A stretch of DNA of 62,976 nucleotides, counting the filler, from Octopus bimaculoides (lineage: Eukaryota), in assembly GCF_001194135.2 (NCBI RefSeq). It is 5 parts of 4 records of this genome, joined end to end, with 100 filler letters (N's around TTAATTAATTAA, not from the genome) between each part and the next. Parts side by side here need not be neighbours in the genome. Positions count along the whole stretch, not along the records: positions 7,866 to 16,328 come from NC_068985.1; positions 16,429 to 23,676 come from NW_026407919.1; positions 23,777 to 45,815 come from NC_068984.1; 2 more parts are not named here. One strand, 5' to 3'. A program made the position numbers and the translations under genes. Below, in pieces: positions 13,091-24,575 of the stretch. How positions within the stretch are numbered: position 1 is the first letter of the stretch; each line of letters opens with the position of its first letter. The notes beneath the pieces are model-generated. The model saw nothing but the letters and a program-made list of their open reading frames with translations, made no database searches and was not told where the DNA came from.

Positions 13091-15191
13091 TTTCTTTCTG
13101 TTATAGGCACCGGGCCATTAATTTTTAGAGGGAGCGTGTTAGTCGATTACCTCAACTCCAATAATTACTGGTAGTTTATTTTATTGTTTATGAAAGGACA
13201 AAAGTTAACATCTATCCCAACACAACTTAAACTGAGGACACAAAGTGTCGTAGCTAAACATCTCAATGAATTTTGAAACTCTATCGAATCAGCCAACATT
13301 AATGATAATCGTAATAATTTCTGATATATCCAAAAGACCTCAAAATTTGTGGGAGAGAGCTAGTCGATTCAGTCAATCCCTCATCTGAATTATACAATTT
13401 TTTTATTGATGCCAAAGAGGTGATATTCAAAGTGGATCTCGGTAGAATCTGAACTCACAATGGAAAGCCAGAAAAATTGCCGCGAAGAGTTCTATCCAGC
13501 GTGATAGCGATTCTGCAAGGTCATTGTAATTATAGCAATAGCAATAAGGATTGTGATATGGGTGATGAATGGGAGGCTGTTTATTCTTTTTTATTTGTGA
13601 TAGAATAATCAATTCTCTTTCCTATCTAATCTGTTTTATCAAAGTTTTTACTCAATAAGTAGTTTTTGCTTGTGGAAGAAAAATCCCTTTAGAAGGGTTT
13701 CTTTCAAGTCCGTTTATCACAGAACTTGCTTTAATTAATTTTGAAATTGTTTTCGCTTCGAATAGGATCGTTTGACTGGCGCCGTAAATAAATTCTTTCT
13801 GTAGAATTATCACATGTGACATGCAGTTATCTAGATCAATGATTATTTTAACCGTTTTCAATTGGAATTCCCTTAAGATATATTGTCTTTATTTTGTTAT
13901 TTGGTTTCCTTTACCAGGCTAAAATCTATTTTGTGTTCACTTTTGAGTTGATCGTAATTGCGATTGTCTAGATTGAGTGAAATACAAATTGACAATCCAT
14001 CACGGACGCAGCTCGAAATAAGAATTTTGTTAAAGAGAATGAAATTCGTTCATACTTCTACTCAGTTTCCCGTTCTCGGACTTCAGCGGCAATTACACAG
14101 CAATATCATATATAGATATATACACATACATACTCATTCGTACACACGCACACATGTATATATACGTTCACACAAAAACATACGCACACACACATACACC
14201 GTGGCATATATATATATATATATATATATATANNNNNNNNNNNNNNNNNNNNNNNNNNNNNNNNNNNNNNNNNNNNNNNNNNNNNNNNNNNNNNNNNNNN
14301 NNNNNNNNNNNNNNNNNNNNNNNNNNNNNNNNNNNNNNNNNNNNNNNNNNNNNNNNNNNNNNNNNNNNNNNNNNNNNNNNNNNNNNNNNNNNNNNNNNNN
14401 NNNNNNNNNNNNNNNNNNNNNNNNNNNNNNNNNNNNNNNNNNNNNNNNNNNNNNNNNNNNNNNNNNNNNNNNNNNNNNNNNNNNNNNNNNNNNNNNNNNN
14501 NNNNNNNNNNNNNNNNNNNNNNNNNNNNNNNNNNNNNNNNNNNNNNNNNNNNNNNNNNNNNNNNNNNNNNNNNNNNNNNNNNNNNNNNNNNNNNNNNNNN
14601 NNNGATGTATATTGGTTTTGGGGTTGATGATTTACCGCTTACACAACAAGAAAAAAACTTACACTGCGGCATAGCTCGCATTAATTCTAAAGGCGTGTTA
14701 AATGATAACTGACTTAGAAGTTGCTTGGATTGACTTTCTACAGCTTACATCTACGTTAGAATCTCTCTATGTCCTGGAGCTTCATTAAAGGAGTTTCATT
14801 AAAAAAATAAGGCATTATTTGATAACAGGTTTTAAAGTTAAATACCAGAAGGCTTCCTGTGCTGATCTTTTCTTAGAATAGAAATAATTTTGAATCCCTT
14901 AATTTTAGTGGAGAAATGCTTTTAGGACATACTTTTATAGAGAAATTCTGTAAATATGGATTAGTTTATTGATTAATACTCTTGTTAATTGCATACTTTA
15001 TATTTAGACATAATTCCACGTTCTGTTATTTAATTAAATTTTGTCATATATTGAATATATGCATCGTTAACACATGGCTTATATAGGTGATTGTTGCGTG
15101 TGAATATGTAAGGGATGAGAATTCAGAAAATAACGAGCACCCACGTATATATATCTGGTCGGCTCCAGCTTATATCCTAGCATTGGCTTCG

Positions 15192-15400
15192 TCAGTTTCT
15201 CTCCAGTCTCCTCTGATGTTTCTGCCGAAAGTGATTTTGGAGTCCAAGTCGGTGGTGAAAGAGTCGTAGGCAGAACTCACACGGGATGGTCGGTGCAGGT
15301 CGAGGATGCTGAATACGCTCCTTTCTTTTGCTGCATTTTGCTTCCTCATTCTGTTGTCTATTCTGCTGCAAATCTACTATAAGGTAAGACTCACTATTCT
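15192..15400 (-). mobile_element. 3' end of an RTE-clade LINE ORF
   Basis: KRKERIQHPRPAPTIPCEFCLRLFHHRLGLQNHFRQKH resembles the RTE/BovB C-terminal CxxC..R.GL..H zinc finger. Confidence 0.7.
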
Positions 15401-15469
15401 TTGTCTTTGTGCTCGTTACCAATGTATCCCTATATCTTTCGCTCTTCTTACCTCTACATACGACTCTGA

Positions 15470-15519
15470 ATTCTGATGATGTCTACCTCTACAACTGGTA
15501 AACAGAAACGATCGTAAAT
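15470..15519 (+). ncRNA. Type-I hammerhead ribozyme motif, intact core
   Basis: ATT CTGATGA TGTCTACC tctacaact GGTAAACA GAAA CGATCG TA AAT; stem II has 7 of 8 bp paired. Confidence 0.8.
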
Positions 15520-15628
15520 GTACTATTACGACCACTTTTGTTTATTAATTAATTAAATTAATGGGATACTAGCGCAAACGACCAACTGTTATATTTCCTC
15601 CATTTCTTCTTGCATATATATATACAGA

Positions 15629-15702
<74 letters not shown>

Positions 15703-16263
15703 GACAGACAGACAGAAAGACAGACAGACAAACAGACAGACGGACAGACAGAGAATTACATTGATAGATAAATATTCATAGAAACATATTCAGAAAGATA
15801 AACACCTATATACATATATTATGTATGTGCATATATATATGGATATATATAATTGTGTGTGTATGTGTGTGTACGCGTTTGTGTGTACGTATGTATGTAT
15901 GAATATACAGGAATTTATTTACATAGACCGTAACAATACAGAATACTAAGAACAGAATACATAATTTCTGATATTGGCAGCTGATTCACGAATCAGTAAC
16001 CTCAGAATTGCTTAATAACCAATGTTTCATAATTTGTAAATGGCATGTGCAAATGGTTTCGGTATGCAACCAGTAACCATGCGCACAGATATATTGCCAT
16101 AAGTCCGACATCCTTTATTAAGTAAAATTTGGAATATACATATATACGTATAGATGTAAACACATATCTATCTTCCTACCAGCTCGCCTATCTGTCTGTC
16201 TGCCCATCTATTTTTCAGATATATATATATATATACATATATACATACATATATCTATCTATC

Positions 16264-16315
<52 letters not shown>

Positions 16316-16372
16316 TCACATTCGATCANNNNNNNNNNNNNNNNNNNNNNNNNNNNNNNNNNNNNNNNNNNN

Positions 16373-16384
16373 TTAATTAATTAA
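16373..16384. other. Artificial scaffold-join linker
   Basis: Same linker architecture as at 7810. Confidence 0.95.
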
Positions 16385-16605
16385 NNNNNNNNNNNNNNNN
16401 NNNNNNNNNNNNNNNNNNNNNNNNNNNNAAATTCAATTTCATAAACAGGAATACCGAAGCGCACGGGACAAAACAACACCAGAAGACCCAGTGTGTGGCA
16501 AAGTAAAATCCATATTTCACCATTCCGCAGGTAACATCAGTAAAGTCAAATCATAAACATCATTTACAGTGGATTACGAGTATAGGTGGAACACAAACAC
16601 AGAAC

Positions 16606-16685
16606 ACCTATGGCCATTTCGGGGGTATATCACCGTATTTAATGCACAATAGAGCACAAATTGGTGATAACCCTTTCTTCAGGGT
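16606..16685 (-). ncRNA. Type-I hammerhead ribozyme motif, intact core, mismatched base of stem II
   Basis: Minus strand reads ACC CTGAAGA AAGGGTTATCACC-(28 nt)-GGTGATATACCCCC GAAA TGGCCA TA GGT. Confidence 0.7.
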
Positions 16686-16705
16686 AAAAAAAGACACACA
16701 GACAT

Positions 16706-19560
16706 CTCTTTCTTTATTTGGCACTAAGGCCATAACACAGAGGGGGACACTACAAGGACAGACAAAGCAATACAGTACGTGGGGTACAAAGAATAAATGA
16801 CGAATGAAACGAATAACTTACAATGAGGTGATGAATGGCTTACGAGTCCCCCAAACAACGCAGTTTCATTTAACAGTTCTCTCATACAGTTAATAATCAT
16901 GTTTTTTCTTTAGCAATTATAAGTGGCCACAGCTCCTCTACCGTTACTACACTTGGCAGGGTGTCGTAGCCCACGTATAAACCACTTATTTGAAACTTGT
17001 CCGGGTGTATGTGTTGCAGTCTCTGCATCACATGTTCTTCCACCAATATCACTTTCTTTTTTTTCCTCGAACGTTTCAGGTTAAATCTTTATTACAGGCA
17101 CGAAGGCCTCATTTACAAAGGGGGACATTACAAGGACAGACAACACAAAACGTGGGGTACATAGATTGAATTATGAGATGAAATGAGTAATTTACAATAT
17201 GATGATGGAATGGCTTACGAGCCCGCCAAAGCTCGCAGTTTCATTTCACAGTTTTCCGATTATCCCTCCTTCTGCCGCCTTCTTATTCTGCAGTTCCTTC
17301 AACTCAATCCCCCAGTCTAACTGTCTCTCATGTCTTACACGTCTCTCCAACTTTGTATCTCGGGTTTCAATCTTAGTTACGTTCTGTTCCTCTTCGCTAT
17401 CATTTTCATCTTCCGTCATCTTTTTTTCTTTCCCCTTTTCTTTCTTTTTGGGGACTTTGGCGGCGATTCAGTCCGCATCCGTTTTTTCTCCACNNNNNNN
17501 NNNNNNNNNNNNNNNNNNNNNNNNNNNNNNNNNNNNNNNNNNNNNNNNNNNNNNNNNNNNNNNNNNNNNNNNNNNNNNNNNNNNNNNNNNNNNNNNNNNN
17601 NNNNNNNNNNNNNNNNNNNNNNNNNNNNNNNNNNNNNNNNNNNNNNNNNNNNNNNNNNNNNNNNNNNNNNNNNNNNTGTGTTATCGGGAAGCACTAATTC
17701 CTCAGCAATGTTGTGTAGGTCCGGTATGGTGATGTGGGCTAGGATTTCTACCCCAAAACCCCACCATTCGATTTCTCTCGACCTCTCCACTTTAATGATC
17801 TCCACCTCGTCCTTGCATTTATATATTACCGCTGCTACCAGCCATTCCATATCTATCTCCAACGGCACTCTACCGATCCTCACTCTCGCTGCCCTTCTAC
17901 CGCAATATACTGGTAGCAGGGCCCACTCCTCCGTTCTCAGAGGCATGGTAGAGTATTTCTTAGCTCTTTGCTCCGTCTTGAAATACACCTTCACCGTTCC
18001 GTATTTCTTTCCTCTCATAAACAGCACAACTTCCTCTGAGATTTCCTTCAGACACTTCTCTATCACATCGTTCTCCGCTATTTCTATTTTCTTGGAGCCG
18101 ACTCTTAAAGTCTTATATGTGATAATTTTCTTTTCTGCTTCTTCCATCACTTCTTTTGGTGGTTCGACCCGCAAACAGTCTCCCTCCTTCTTCAAATATT
18201 TGAAATGTTTCTTCAGATTTTCCATTTCCACCTTCACCTCTCTCATTCCCATGTCGCTGGTCGGCCTGCCGCTGCTAGCTGCAGCAGCGTAGCTGGTAGT
18301 CATATTAAACCACCTCAGCAACGGCTTTCAACAATAAAACAAGCAACAATATTTCTTAAAACAATTTCAACTGAACGCAAATCAGAGAACTTACCGCGTC
18401 AAACGCTTTTTCTATCAAATTCACAACAAAACTTCACTTGACTCCAAACAAACGTTTCAGGGTCCAGTTTAACCCTCACTAAACCTTTTATTCTTGCAAT
18501 TGTCTTTTGCAATTCTAAATCCTTATCGTAAATAATCACTGTCTTGATATTTTTAAAACCAACTCTTCCAATTACCTTTCCTTCCATCCTTGCTCTTGTC
18601 TGCTCGTCTGTTATCTTGTTCGACCATTTCCTCCTCCTTTCATTTCTTTTCACTTTTTCGGGCTCTGTATCTTGGGTTCAGTTCTCAGCCTCGTCTTTCT
18701 CGGTTTCCATTTCCTTCTCTGTCTCTTTTTTTTTTCCTTTCTTTTTTTGAGGGTTCTTTGGCGGCGATTCAGTCCACTTTCTATCTGGTTCTTGAGAAAT
18801 TTTCTCGCACTCCACAGTTTCCGCCTGTTTTTTCTCCGCCACCTCTTGTACGCCTTCCACCATCTCCTCTTCACAGACCTCTATTTCTTCCACTTGTACT
18901 TCTCTGCGGGGACACACCGCCTGCATATGTCCCCTACTTTTACACTTATAACAGATTGGAGGTCTCCCCTCCACTACAACTCTTAGTCGTGCTTCGTCGG
19001 GGAGCTCCACCTCCTCTGCTATATTGTGCAGATCTGGTAAGGTTATGTGTACGAGTGCATCTATACCAAATACCCACCAGTTGATCTCTCTCGATTTTTC
19101 TATTTTCAAAACTTCCAATTCGTCCTTACAATTATGAATAACGGCTGTAACCAGCCATTCCGGATCTATTTCGGGAGGTGCCCGTCCAATTCTCACATGT
19201 GCAGCTCTTCTTCCACAATAGGTAGGTAAAAGGGCCCACCTAGCCGTTCTTAAGGGTACAGTGGAGTGCTTTTTCGCCTCTTCCTCACTCGCAAATCTCA
19301 CTCCCTCCGCACCGAACCTCCTTCCACGTGCATAGAATCTTGTTAATTGTTTGACTTCACTTGGGCACCGCTCCAATTCGTCCGTCTCTGCCAATTCTAT
19401 TTTCTTTGTTTCAACGTTAAGCGTTCTGTATGTTATAATTTTCCTCTCGGCTCGCTCGAAAACTTACTTCGGCGGTGTTAATTTTAAAACATCACCTTGC
19501 AACACATACCTTAACTCACTCACTCTATCTCTCTTGCTCACCCTCTTTCTTTCTGACATA
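16706..19560 (-). mobile_element. ORF1-only retroposon copy A (L1/Tx1-like ORF1 with CCHC knuckle), split by insertion of copy B
   Basis: Frame runs from ATG 19559 through CYKCKSRGHMQAVC (C-X2-C-X4-H-X4-C) with 2 in-frame stops. It reads ..KLDPETF across the TSD, resumes at 17069, and ends in a 3' tail homologous to B with AATAAA at 16713-16718. Confidence 0.82.
17081..18450 (-). mobile_element. ORF1-only (gag-like) non-autonomous retroposon, copy B, apparently full length, 11-bp TSD
   Basis: Flanked by AACGTTTCAGG at 17070-17080 and 18451-18461. About 147-nt 5' UTR, ATG at 18303 (MTTSYAAAASSG), ORF homologous to copy A, then a 3' tail ending AATAAAGATTTAA. No ORF2. Confidence 0.85.
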
Positions 19561-19777
19561 CTCACGTGCACACTCACACACACACACACACACACGTCTA
19601 TTTCATATAAACATACATACATCCCTCACTTTCTTTCTGTTCTTTTCGCTTTCTCTTCTTTCAATTTGTGCTCTCTTCAAATAAAATTCTTACGGGTACA
19701 ACTGCTTACAAAAATAGGGACTAATGTATAATTTCTTTCTGTGTTCATAATATTTTGTTTACAATATTGGAAAAAAT

Positions 19778-20450
19778 ATGCCACCGAAGAAAAGACGTAA
19801 TCTCTCCAGAAACCAGTATAAAGCAAGGAGTATTGTAGAAAACCGAAGTTGAGTGTCTGAAAAGAGAAGCTAGATGAGATTTTCTCAAGATCACTAAATG
19901 CATGTTGCAGCACTTAATGGTGGATCATTAAATCAATGTTTTAATGATTAGAGAGAGGTCCAATAGAATAGCTCCCAGGAACAGTCTTGGTACAAATTCG
20001 TTCTTAACAACTCCTGAAGCTGTTTTTAGACATGATCCATCCCATTCTTATAAAGATAACTCTGTCCAAATCGGTGTGCTAAATACAAATTGTCTTTTCT
20101 GTAGAGCTTAAAAATTTTCAAATGAAGCAAATGGTATGCACTGTTCAGGCGGTCAGGTAACATTGCCAGCCCTACCAGCACCTTCTCAACCTCTTATGGA
20201 TCTTTTAGAAGGCATTTCCATCCAGTCAAAGGATTTTCTGAACAATATCAGACAATACGATTCTGAATTACAAATGACATCGTTTACTGCATCTAAGAAG
20301 ATAGTTAAACATGAATTTACGCCGACGTCAAAGTTCAGGGGCAAGTCTATCACCTCATTGGTTCCTTGTTACCCACAACTGAACGACCACAATTTCTCAA
20401 ATGAGTAATATAGGACAGCAAACCCGAAGGAGGTGTCAACATTTCAGATG
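19778..20450 (+). pseudogene. Helitron RepHel transposase N-terminal relic
   Basis: MPPKKRRNLSR.., CLFCRA*KF, CSGGQVTLP..DFLNNIRQYDSELQMTSF and, after a frameshift, FKVQGQVYHLIGSLLP match recalled Helitron Rep N-terminal motifs; multiple stops. Confidence 0.85.
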
Positions 20451-21186
20451 ATGGGTCGTGTTAGACACAGCACCGACTGCTGCAAAAGCGAGTATATCCA
20501 CTGACAGCGTTTCGGTGCGTTCAAAAATCACAAATACACAAAAGGTATGTACGTATGTATACAAGCATTTTCTTTTATATAAATTTAGAAGANNNNNNNN
20601 NNNNNNNNNNNNNNNNNNNNNNNNNNNNNNNNNNNNNNNNNNNNNNNNNNNNNNNNNNNNNNNNNNNNNNNNNNNNNNNNNNNNNNNNNNNNNNNNNNNN
20701 NNNNNNNNNNNNNNNNNNNNNNNNNNNNNNNNNNNNNNNNNNNNNNNNNNNNNNNNNNNNNNNNNNNNNNNNNNNNNNNNNNNNNNNNNNNNNNNNNNNN
20801 NNNNNNNNNNNNNNNNNNNNNNNNNNNNNNNNNNNNNNNNNNNNNNNNNNNNNNNNNNNNNNNNNNNNNNNNNNNNNNNNNNNNNNNNNNNNNNNNNNNN
20901 NNNNNNNNNNNNNNNNNNNNNNNNNNNNNNNNNNNNNNNNNNNNNNNNNNNNNNNNNNNNNNNNNNNNNNNNNNNNNNNNNNNNNNNNNNNNNNNNNNNN
21001 NNNNNNNNNNNNNNNNNNNNNNNNNNNNNNNNNNNNNNNNNNNNNNNNNNNNNNNNNNNNNNNNNNNNNNNNNNNNNNNNNNNNNNNNNNNNNNNNNNNN
21101 NNNNNNNNNNNNNNNNNNNNNNNNNNNNNNNNNNNNNNNNNNNNNNNNNNNNNNNNNNNNNNNNNNNNNNNNNNNNNNNNNNNNNN

Positions 21187-21255
21187 ATTTCTGCTCTTGT
21201 CTCACTAAGAAGATAGCATCAGTTGTATTTCTTCCTACCACAATACCAAACGTGA
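21187..21255 (-). mobile_element. Small RTE-type reverse transcriptase fragment at a gap edge
   Basis: FGIVVGRNTTDAIFLVRQ resembles QFGFxPGRSTTDAIFxxRQ. Confidence 0.65.
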
Positions 21256-22329
21256 CGCCTACGTAACATGCTCCAACAGTTTAATGTCTCTAGCATTCTT
21301 TCTCTAACACACAACCTGTGCCTTTTATAGCAGAAATAGAAGAGGTCGAGAGAGAAAAGGAAACAGCAAATTTATATATATTCTGTGTGACTCTACGCTT
21401 GCCTTCATTTTTCTCCTTTTCTCTCTCTCCCACTTACTTCTATTTCAACCCTGTCCAATTTCCCCTCTTTCTGTCTCCCGCCCTCTCACTAGTAATTGTC
21501 GTCTTTCTCCTGCCAGTTTCCCCTTCATTTCTTCTCTTATTTTCTCTCTGTCTTCCCACTGTCGCTCTCTCCCTTCCTTCTCTACGTGCTGCTGACACGT
21601 GACCCGTGGCCAGCTTTCCCTCATTCTCTCTCTCTCTCTCTTTCTCTGTCTCACACTGCTCCCCCAGCTATTCGGTCGCAGAAAGTTTCTTTGTTTTACT
21701 CTTTACTGTTGTTTATATCCTTCAGGGTTTCTTCTTAGCGTTACCCACCATTCTTGTCTTTTGGCCCTAAGGCCCATATTTTGCTCGTTTTGCTTTTGTC
21801 CATCGTTTTAAAATAGATACTTTTTTACTTTCATATGTCCACTTTTGCGTTGTTATGCTTGCTTGAGGACCGACATTTCCTGAGTCCTTCGCAGGCACCT
21901 CTAATAATGGAAGTTCTCAGTCTTATTATTAATGATACGAAACTGAGGATTACCATTTTGCTTGATAACTGATGAAAAATAAGGGCCCCTGTGTATCTTA
22001 TACGTGTACGTCCTTTATCCGTCGTTGTATATTCACAATGCATTTTCCTTTATTACATATATATCGTCCGCAAACATAAATCCGAAAACAGAAACACTCT
22101 AAGCTATAGAGCAGTATATATTACAGCTGGATAAGGCCATTTTAAGAGATTACTTTAGGTTTCACGTCAATAAAGGCTGGCTTTATGCGTACCATCAGAT
22201 ACGAAAAGCTGTTGGAAGAAATGAGCTCGTTACTCAATATTAGCAAAGGAGATTTCTCCCCTTCGCTATCGATCACCGATGTCAACACAAGGTGGGGTCC
22301 CTTTGGCTATCGATCACTGGTGGCCCTGC

Positions 22330-22525
22330 TATCTCGTGGATTCCAACTGGCTAGCAGGAATTTACTGAATTGCAAGGATGGTTCGAAGACCTCCTTTCAG
22401 TTCAGTATACTCCCTGGTTTGATGGTGTTTTTTAGGATCCTCGCCCGTTCCAGTATGTGTAATTTACAGTGGTTGGTCCCGTTAATGTAGGGTCTTGATT
22501 CTCGAAGATATTGTGTTTGGGGTCC
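22330..22525 (-). mobile_element. Penelope-like element C-terminal (post-GIY-YIG) relic
   Basis: RESRPYINGTNHCKLHILERARIL..SILN*KEVF..SKFLL resembles PLE C-termini (PYxxxxxxCxLCxxEK..LNxRxE..KFLL). Confidence 0.55.
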
Positions 22526-23720
22526 NNNNNNNNNNNNNNNNNNNNNNNNNNNNNNNNNNNNNNNNNNNNNNNNNNNNNNNNNNNNNNNNNNNNNNNNNNN
22601 NNNNNNNNNNNNNNNNNNNNNNNNNNNNNNNNNNNNNNNNNNNNNNNNNNNNNNNNNNNNNNNNNNNNNNNNNNNNNNNNNNNNNNNNNNNNNNNNNNNN
22701 NNNNNNNNNNNNNNNNNNNNNNNNNNNNNNNNNNNNNNNNNNNNNNNNNNNNNNNNNNNNNNNNNNNNNNNNNNNNNNNNNNNNNNNNNNNNNNNNNNNN
22801 NNNNNNNNNNNNNNNNNNNNNNNNNNNNNNNNNNNNNNNNNNNNNNNNNNNNNNNNNNNNNNNNNNNNNNNNNNNNNNNNNNNNNNNNNNNNNNNTTTGC
22901 AACATCACCACAATATTTCTTCATCTCTGAAGAGGTTTCACACTATTTCTTTTATCTCTCTATTTCTTCTCTCTAGATTTTAGATTCTCTCATTTCCCAT
23001 TTTCCTTTTCTTTTTCCTGGATTGTTACGGTCAGTTATATATACAATGAATATTCTTTTCTACTCTAGTCACTAGGCCCGAAATTGCCTACTTTCACCAG
23101 ACACGCCTCACAGAGTAACCTCATGGGGACTTGTAGCTATTTTCAAGTAAACTTGGGTATAGGCATAGATGAGTACGTACACATATGCGTAAAGCTATAT
23201 ACACATATGTATATTTAGGTGCATGTGTGTGTTTATGTGTGTATTAATGTGTATGTATACATGGGTACACGTAAATGTTTGTGTGTGTGATTTTACATAA
23301 TCATATATACATATATGCCTGTGTGTGCTTTAATATAAATATATGTGTATGCTTGTCGTTTTATATGAATATATATATATATATATGCGGTCATCTATAT
23401 GCATCACAAACAGAACATCTTTTGAGGTACTAGATAACTTAATTGGCAGTGGTAAAGGATGTTCTAAAATTATAGTTACCATTTTAAGACCTATCTGAAG
23501 AAAGTTCAAAGATCTATTGTGTCTATTGATAAGAACCATAATATAGAAATGTGCTGCGAAAATGCTTGAGCACCAGATGTAGCATGCAGGTTTCTTTCCA
23601 GCATACTACATCCGATGCTTAAATACATTCTCAACACATTTCTACTTCATTGTTGTTACCAACAGACTTAATGGCTNNNNNNNNNNNNNNNNNNNNNNNN
23701 NNNNNNNNNNNNNNNNNNNN

Positions 23721-23732
23721 TTAATTAATTAA
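23721..23732. other. Artificial scaffold-join linker (760 bp upstream of the first detectable Ldh_2 exon)
   Basis: Same linker architecture as at 7810. Confidence 0.95.
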
Positions 23733-23812
23733 NNNNNNNNNNNNNNNNNNNNNNNNNNNNNNNNNNNNNNNNNNNNCATATATATATATACATATATATA
23801 TATACATATATA

Positions 23813-23972
23813 CGATGGGCTACTTTCAGTTTCCGTCTACCAAATCCACTCACGAGGCTTTGGTCGGCCCGAGGTTATAGTAAGAGACACTTGCCCAAGG
23901 TGCCATGCAATGGGACTGAACCCGGAACCATGTGGTTGGTAAGCAAGCTACTTACCACACAGCCACTTCTAC
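23813..23972 (-). mobile_element. SINE family S2, 5' half
   Basis: Reverse complement matches the 5' half of 37616-38012. Confidence 0.85.
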
Positions 23973-24494
23973 ACTTGATACTTATTTTTTTTTTTCTTAA
24001 GTCTCACGCTTATTCTATGGAACTTTTTCGTTGAACTGCTAAGTTATGAGGACATAAATAAACTAACACTGGTTGTCAAGAGGTGTAGGAAACAAACACT
24101 AAGTTACACATACATACATGCATTCATACCCATATACATACACACCCACACATACATACATAGCTTCCACACAGTTTCTGTCTCCTAAATTCACTCAGCC
24201 TGAGATTATAGTAGAGGATACTTGCCCAAAGTGCTACATAGTGGGATTGAACTCAAAACCATATGGCTGCAAAACAAGCTTCTTGACTCCTCAACCACAC
24301 CTGAGCCAATCCAGACAAAAACAAAACACAGTGCTTTTGATAAAATAATTTAAATTGTTTATATAAAGAAAGGTTTGATTTTTAAAAATAAATTATTATA
24401 AATAATTTGAATTTAGATTTTTTTTTTTTGATAATTCTTTACTAATTTGGTTTTGTTTGTATATAAATTCTCACATTAAAATCTCTGTTGGCAG

Positions 24495-24575
24495 GCCCCG
24501 TGGTTGGAAAATTTTGCATTGATTTGGCTATTAAAAAAGCTAAAGAAGTCGGTGTTGGCTGGGTTTGTGCTTCAG
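24495..24575 (+). CDS. Ldh_2 gene exon: (G)PVVGKFCIDLAIKKAKEVGVGWVCAS
   Basis: Acceptor ttggcag at 24493-24494, donor gtaat at 24576; phase 1 on both sides. Confidence 0.93.

Noticed and set aside
13232-13260. CTGAGGA-cac-aaa-gtg as a hammerhead start
   Set aside because: No GAAA or stem III follows; it lies in a decayed SINE.
15306-15383. Apparent signal-anchor first exon MLNTLLSFAAFCFLILLSILLQIYYK followed by gtaaga
   Set aside because: It is the antisense of the K/R/E-rich C-terminus of an RTE LINE fragment, so the hydrophobicity is a shadow effect.
17199-18292. Long + strand ORFs (177 and 320 aa), and similar ones at 118-486, 10987-11262, 11913-12320 and 19351-19731
   Set aside because: Antisense shadows of retroelement ORFs on the opposite strand.
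22150-22205. Minus-strand CTGATGG..hairpin..GAAA-CC-TA hammerhead-like string
   Set aside because: A9 is replaced, stem I does not pair and stem III is not palindromic; too weak to call.
1-24494. Search for the missing 5' exons of the Ldh_2 gene (SHG/NRL motif region) on both strands
   Set aside because: No convincing match by eye; they may lie in gaps or outside the window, and tBLASTn is needed.
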